From the NCBI GenBank assembly GCA_008632985.1, contig QPGO01000070.1:372001-413962 (forward strand): DNA of 41,962 bases, in the 5' to 3' direction. The notes beneath the pieces were generated by a model, which saw only the letters and a list, made by a program, of their open reading frames with translations, did no database searches and was not told the DNA's origin. This document shows positions 36,740-41,962 of this stretch, piece by piece. Positions within the stretch are counted from its first letter, which is position 1; the number at the start of each line of letters is the position of its first letter. Both the position numbers and the translations under genes were made by a program. This DNA comes from Psammoneis japonica (lineage: Eukaryota).

Positions 36740-39700
36740 ACCGACAGACCTGCGGATCGTCTGGCCGACGCTACGCGACCATGCGTCACGTGACTCATCA
36801 GGAGCGTGCACCACACAGGGCATCAACGAGAGCACAAATTCAAAATTGTTCCGTCCATCAGTCCATCCTCTGTCAGGGGGAGAACTTCTTTTTGTCTTTC
36901 CCCTGAGTTGTGTGTGTGCACCCAATGGGCAACCAGCATTGCAGCGGCGGGGGAGTTGTCATGAACTCGTCATCACAGCAAGTTGTGGCGGGCAGCTGAT
37001 GCTTCGGCAGGAGGAGAGCTGCTGTTTTGTGGAGTGCGCAACTTGAAAAGGAAGTGCGTGCAGCACAGACATTTTTTGCCTGCCTCATCTTGGGCCAAAG
37101 AAACAGAATTTGACGTGTTCCAGAGCTCCAGGTGGGGCCTCGCACTGCTGAGCTGTGACACAATTGTTTTTCATCATCCGTCCCATGTTTTGCATGCACA
37201 TTTCTGTGTGTTCTGTTGCAAAAAATTGTTCCACACTGCCTGTTTTGTGAAGCCAAAGGCTTTCTGTTGTCTGCATTTGTGACAATGAAAATGCGCTGGG
37301 CATGTTCTTCAATGACTGAAGAGTGCACCTGGGCACACTGCAAAGAATGCACTTCAAGTGTGGAGGAGGAGATGCATTTGCCAAATTGCCTCTTTTTCTG
37401 TTGGTGATCATTGACATGTTCATTGCTTGACAATTTTGCTGCAGAGCTCGCACGTGGAATTCTGCGGGCCCAATGTCACAAAAAGTCCCGCCTGGGGCTG
37501 GATCCCGTCATTTGAAGCTCACTTGATGACGGTCTCCTGCACGCTGTTCCGCGTCACTGGCTGTCCTTGAGAACCTCTGATGCGCCACTGTTTTCCCTTC
37601 ACTCTGTGCACACACTTGAACATGTGATCTCTGCAGCAAGGAGAGCCAACCAGCACTCAATTGGCTGTTGCCCAGTGCAACACACAATGCAGACAGTCAT
37701 TGGCACACCAGTCTGTTTTGTGCACACTTGTTGCCTCAACTTAGATCCCACACAATCTGGCCACAATTGAATCAGGATGTTGAGAAACACTGATTCTGAA
37801 GCTCAAGGAGTTCAACCAGCTCAAGGCAGGTGAGATGCCAGTGCACCTGGTGCCATGAAACAGCCCCAGGTGTGGATGCTGTTGGCTTCACTGCCCCAAT
37901 GGCAGCAGCCAGGTCCAGAGAGCCACCCTTTTGCCAACCTTTGCATCATCAAGCAGCCTCATCAAGGGGGAAGAGCAAGACCAGTGGTGTCAACCACACC
38001 AGCCCAGCTGGCCATCATGCTGCAAGTCTCGTCTTTTCCACTGTGCTGACTCGCTCATTGTGGAGGTGTCGGGCTCATGCTCACTTGTTCTGGCTCATTT
38101 TTGGTGGAGGTCATTGCTGAGCACAGCAGTGGACGACCAGTGGTTTGTGATTTGTTTTGCTCTCAGATCCTCTCACAATGTTGGGGAATCATCTGATGCC
38201 ACACACAGTCCCTCAAAAGACTTGCTGACCTTCAACTGTCCTTGCCCATGGGACACAGACCTGCAGACTTGCTGTCTGACCCTGGCATCAAGCACACACA
38301 GGCCAGTTGGTTGACCCTTTGGTCCCCCTGGTTCCCTTTTGGAGCCTCAGGTCAAGTGGCATTCATTTCTGCACCCCCCCCCNNNNNNNNNNNNCCCCAG
38401 AGCATCTGCATCTCCTTCCTGTGTGATGCCCAACTCTTGCAGGATTTCTGATGGAGGTCTTCCGCCCACCAACATCAACCACAAAAATGTCAACAAGCTC
38501 ATTTTGAACATCCCTTCAAACACTTCTAACCACACAACAAAATGAAAAAGTGCCCCATTTCAAGATCCTTTTTGAACATCCTTCATGACTTGAAGGAATC
38601 CACATTTTGACCACCAGCCAACAAGATCAGGAGACACGTCAGTGCACTCTTGATTTTGAAAGAATCACACCAATGTAGAATGCAGTGTGTCAACAAGCAC
38701 AATCAGGCTGGAAAGTGAAGGGAGATTTTGCTGCACCTTCTTTTGTTCTGTCACAGTCCTCTTGTCTTTGGATCATTCATCTCCAAATTTACAGCATCAA
38801 ACCAAAGAAGCAGTCATCAGGTTGGTGTCAGAAGTGCAGTCGCCTGCCCACCATTGTGGGCAAGCCATCAGTGTTTGAGCTCAATGCCTGGTCATTCTCA
38901 TGTTTTTGGTTGGCAAGAAATTGCACCAGATGCCAGTCGCAACAACACAACGGCCTCCAGCAAAGCATGCACATGGCAGGGACAGTTTCCATCACACCAT
39001 CAATTCTTGCTTCAACAGAGAGCTGCACCTTTTACAAGGACAAGGGAAGTGAGAATGAAATGAGTGGCAGGCTTCAGGACCAAGACACCCTCCTGCAGCA
39101 AACCGCAGCAGTTGTTCTGCCTTGTTTTCAAATCCCCGCATTTGTGTTGAGGGTGTCTTCCTGGCACACAGCTTTGGGAAGAAGCACTCCAGCATTTTCA
39201 ACTTGAAAAAGGAAAAGCACAGAGAGCCACAATCTTGCCCACCTTCAAAACCAAAAAGACATTGGCGGCTGAGAGTTCTTGGACAATGGAGCTTTCGAGA
39301 GAGCCCTTGTTGTGCATTTCCAACTCCAAGTGGAGATCATCGTGAAGTCCCTGCTTCTTGGCATCCATGAGAGGTTTGAGAGCCACGGCACAGTTCCTGC
39401 TGCACTTGACATTGCCCATCCCTCCTCTGGTGGCTCAAGACCTGATGGTTTTGAGGTGGAGATTTGGGCCGCTTGTTGCCGCAGAAAAGCAGTTTCCCGC
39501 GGGGCTCACACAAAGAAGAGCATCAAAAACTGAGGACTGGGGTGCAGCCCAAGCTGTTGTCCACTTCCCAAGAGCACGGGTCAAATGCAAAGTTTCATGC
39601 CTTTGCCAAATAGAGAGATCAGGTCAGAGTTGGCTTGCACCATGGTTTGAATGCCCTTCACAAAGAGCTCAAACGAGGGTGCTGGCAAACACAGTGCTTC
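36740..39700. other. CpG- and TpA-depleted decayed domain C
   Basis: Same composition as domains A and B; CpG is partly retained at the edges. Confidence 0.8.
38383..38394. other. Assembly gap (12 N) inside a poly-C run
   Basis: Direct observation. Confidence 0.99.
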
Positions 39701-39717
39701 TGCTCCACGGACGAAGC

Positions 39718-39993
39718 TGACAGAAAATGAAGGCAAATGGCAAGAATTCAAACAACAACTCCTTGCTGCTGTCTAAATGGCAGATGAGTCTCCGCTCAGA
39801 GACCGTCACAGGAGCCGAAAGACGTGCAAGTCGGTGTGATCGGGCCACTGTCATTATTCTTGTGAGCCTTGTGGCTCGAAAGCAAACTACATCGCGCGTG
39901 AATGCACGGAACTAAAGCACACAAAACTGTGCACGGCAAACTAAACAGCGCGCGATGCTTCGCGCGCACCTGAATCCTGTTCAAATCCTGTCA
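39718..39993 (-). repeat. Probable 3' LTR of the copia element
   Basis: On the minus strand the purine tract AACTGGGGAG is followed by TGACAGG at 39993. A matching inverted end ...CTGTCA lies at 39718. The 5' LTR is outside the window, so the end is unconfirmed. Confidence 0.55.
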
Positions 39994-41962
39994 CTCCCCA
40001 GTTTGCTTGAGGAGCCACAGAAACAGATTTGACTTCGGATGGAATGAAGTTCCAGAACATGAGGGGGCGGAGAAGGTCCCAGATTTGGGAGTAACCCCAA
40101 TGCTTGCTGAGAATGTCAGCAGGGTTGCGGGAACCTTCGATGAAGTGGAACTCAAGGCAACCAGAGGCAATTGCCTCACGCACACGGTGGAACGACAGTG
40201 CGGTGTGTCGCTTGTGTAACTTGGAGTGCGGGATGGTGGCACTGTCTACAACCGACTTGTTGTCACCGAACATGTAACTAACGTTACGGATCGGGACGCC
40301 AAGGCAGCGCAGGGTGATGCGCAGGTCGATAATCTGCTCAACACAAGTCCTTGCGGCAACAAATTCAGACCCGCAGGTTGCAGTCTCCACGGTGGCTTGT
40401 TTCTTAGAGAACCAATCAGCCGGGAATTTGTTGAGGAAGTGGAGCATTCCCATGACAGAGCGTCCGGTGAGCATGCAATGGTGCAAGTTTGCATCGACGT
40501 AGTGGGTGGTAGTGACGAACTTTCCAAGGGGCGGTGGAGCGTCCTTCGGGATCATCTCTTCTGCTCCACCATGCACGGAATGCATCCATTCACAGGCCGG
40601 AGCAGGGAGATCCGAACAGTCGGGCTCTTCCGTGCAAACGCGGAGAGCACCGTGTCGCATCTTGGAGAGGTGCCCACAGACGCGTTTGGCACGATCCAAG
40701 TGGCCTTGACGGGGTGCAGCTCGGAAGCTAGAGAGTGACATGACGGCCGTGGTGATGTCAATTCGACCAAGGGACACTGCCCATTGGAGTGAACCAACAA
40801 GAGACTGGAACTTGTGAATGCCATCGGGTCCCAGCAGTTCGGAAGTGTCCAGTTCGGGGTGGTCACCCTTCTCTAGAGGTGACAGGGCGTTGGTGGCAGG
40901 TTTCTCCCCAAACAGTCGGGCATGGCTGTCGACCATGCGCTTGATGTACTTGCGCGGAGACAGGCACAAGGTTCCGTCGGGTTCCCGGGAAAAGTCGCAA
41001 CCCAGATGGAACTCAATGGGTCCCGCACCCTTGAGCTTGAACTTGTGCTTTTCCGTGAGAGTGTCGACGAAAGATTGAGGGTCCTTCATGGCAATGGCGA
41101 GGTCATCCACATAAACGGCAATGCATTCATGGTGGTCGCCGTTCCTGCGCATCCAAATGTCGGGTTCGGCGCGGCAGGGGAAGAAGCCTTCAGCTCGCAG
41201 GCAGTCGGCGAAGCGCTCGTGCCAGCGGAGACCGGAGCTGCGCAGTCCATGCAGTGCCTTGTGGATGACAAGGATGTGCCCTTCGAGTTTGCCGAACTCG
41301 GGTCCAGCTACAATGTAAAGCTTCTCCTTGGTGGTGGCTTCAAGGTGGGCATTGCCAATGTCGGTGGCCCATGTCTCCAACTCGTTGAGTTCGGCCAGGA
41401 AAATCATCAGCCGAAGGCCACAGAGGGAGACTGCTCCGGAGCAGACACTGTCGACAGGTACGTCCGTGAGGTGCCCGTCGGCTACGAGTCGTGCCTTGTG
41501 GCGACCGTCGTGTTTCACGTCGCACACTAGGTGCACTCGGATCTTCTTGTGTCCCGCAGGAGGAGTGGAAGATTTGAAGGGCCCGCAGTCATGGAAGACT
41601 TTGTATTCGTCGAGTTGGTCCATCTCGAGATTAGTTGCGTCTCCCCACTTGCGGTTGCCATTGCGTTCGTCCAGTGACATGGCGTGTTTGTAGTTCTGGG
41701 GAACTTCGCATCCATGCTTGTAGCGAGGTGCAGTGCGGAAGGAGCGAAGCTTGGCTTGGTTGGCCATGCGAAATGGCTTCTTTTGGCGCCTCGCGATGGT
41801 GCGGAACCGCTTCCAGCCATCCGTGTCGAGGAGTCCGTTCTCTCGTGCATAGATGGCACAGGTGACGGGGTCATCCTTGGCGATGATGGCAAGAGGCTCG
41901 GACGTGATCTCCCCACTTTCCCATTCAAGCATGATGTTGTAGCTGGAGCCTTTCCAGGTTGG
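39718..41962 (-). mobile_element. Ty1/copia LTR retrotransposon (diatom CoDi-like), 3' part of pol: RT and RNase H
   Basis: Uninterrupted 663-aa ORF with DVKHDGRHKARLVADG, DIGNA(H)LEA, KAL(H)GLRSSG, YVDDL, YVDAN, SKKQATVETAT(C)GSEF, GDNKSV, KLHKRH, NPADILSKHWG. It continues past the window end. Confidence 0.95.

Noticed and set aside
3800..39900. Hundreds of overlapping Cys/His/Gln-rich ORFs in all six frames
   Set aside because: This is the expected by-product of TpA loss, which removes TAA/TAG stops and enriches TGY/CAN codons. They are not real metal-binding proteins.
39941..41962. Alternative genetic code or ADAR-type RNA editing explaining Tyr>His/Cys
   Set aside because: The live genes use normal Tyr codons. 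Both T>C and A>G occur on the same strand, and non-retroelement DNA is affected too.

Overview
Eukaryotic genomic DNA, most likely from a diatom (inferred from a CoDi-like Ty1/copia, an RXL-type secreted protein and a short GT-AG intron). Three small gene islands have ordinary dinucleotide composition: about 1-3740 (DUF819 membrane protein, adenosine kinase, PNRC/Edc1-like protein), about 10460-12280 (secreted Pro/Thr-rich protein) and about 35170-36730 (tail of a SNF2 pseudogene, F-box-like gene). They are separated by large domains of decayed transposons and dead genes (about 3780-10450, 12290-35160 and 36740 to the end). In these domains both CpG and TpA are strongly depleted and TpG/CpA are very abundant. 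CpG loss is expected from 5mC deamination. The TpA loss is the unusual signal. The still-open copia pol shows about 20 conserved Tyr codons changed to His (CAY) or Cys (TGY) while most CpGs survive. Paralogous repeats toggle TG/CA at aligned positions. The TpA-free zone extends beyond the CpG-free zone at the domain edges. This points to a regional TpA>CpA/TpG (T>C / A>G) hypermutation acting on silenced DNA, opposite in direction to fungal RIP. One decayed segment (about 24.9-30.2 kb) may encode DNA-modification-like proteins, which is speculative. Single-base homopolymer frameshifts in the live genes look like assembly errors. All compositional statements are by eye, not computed.
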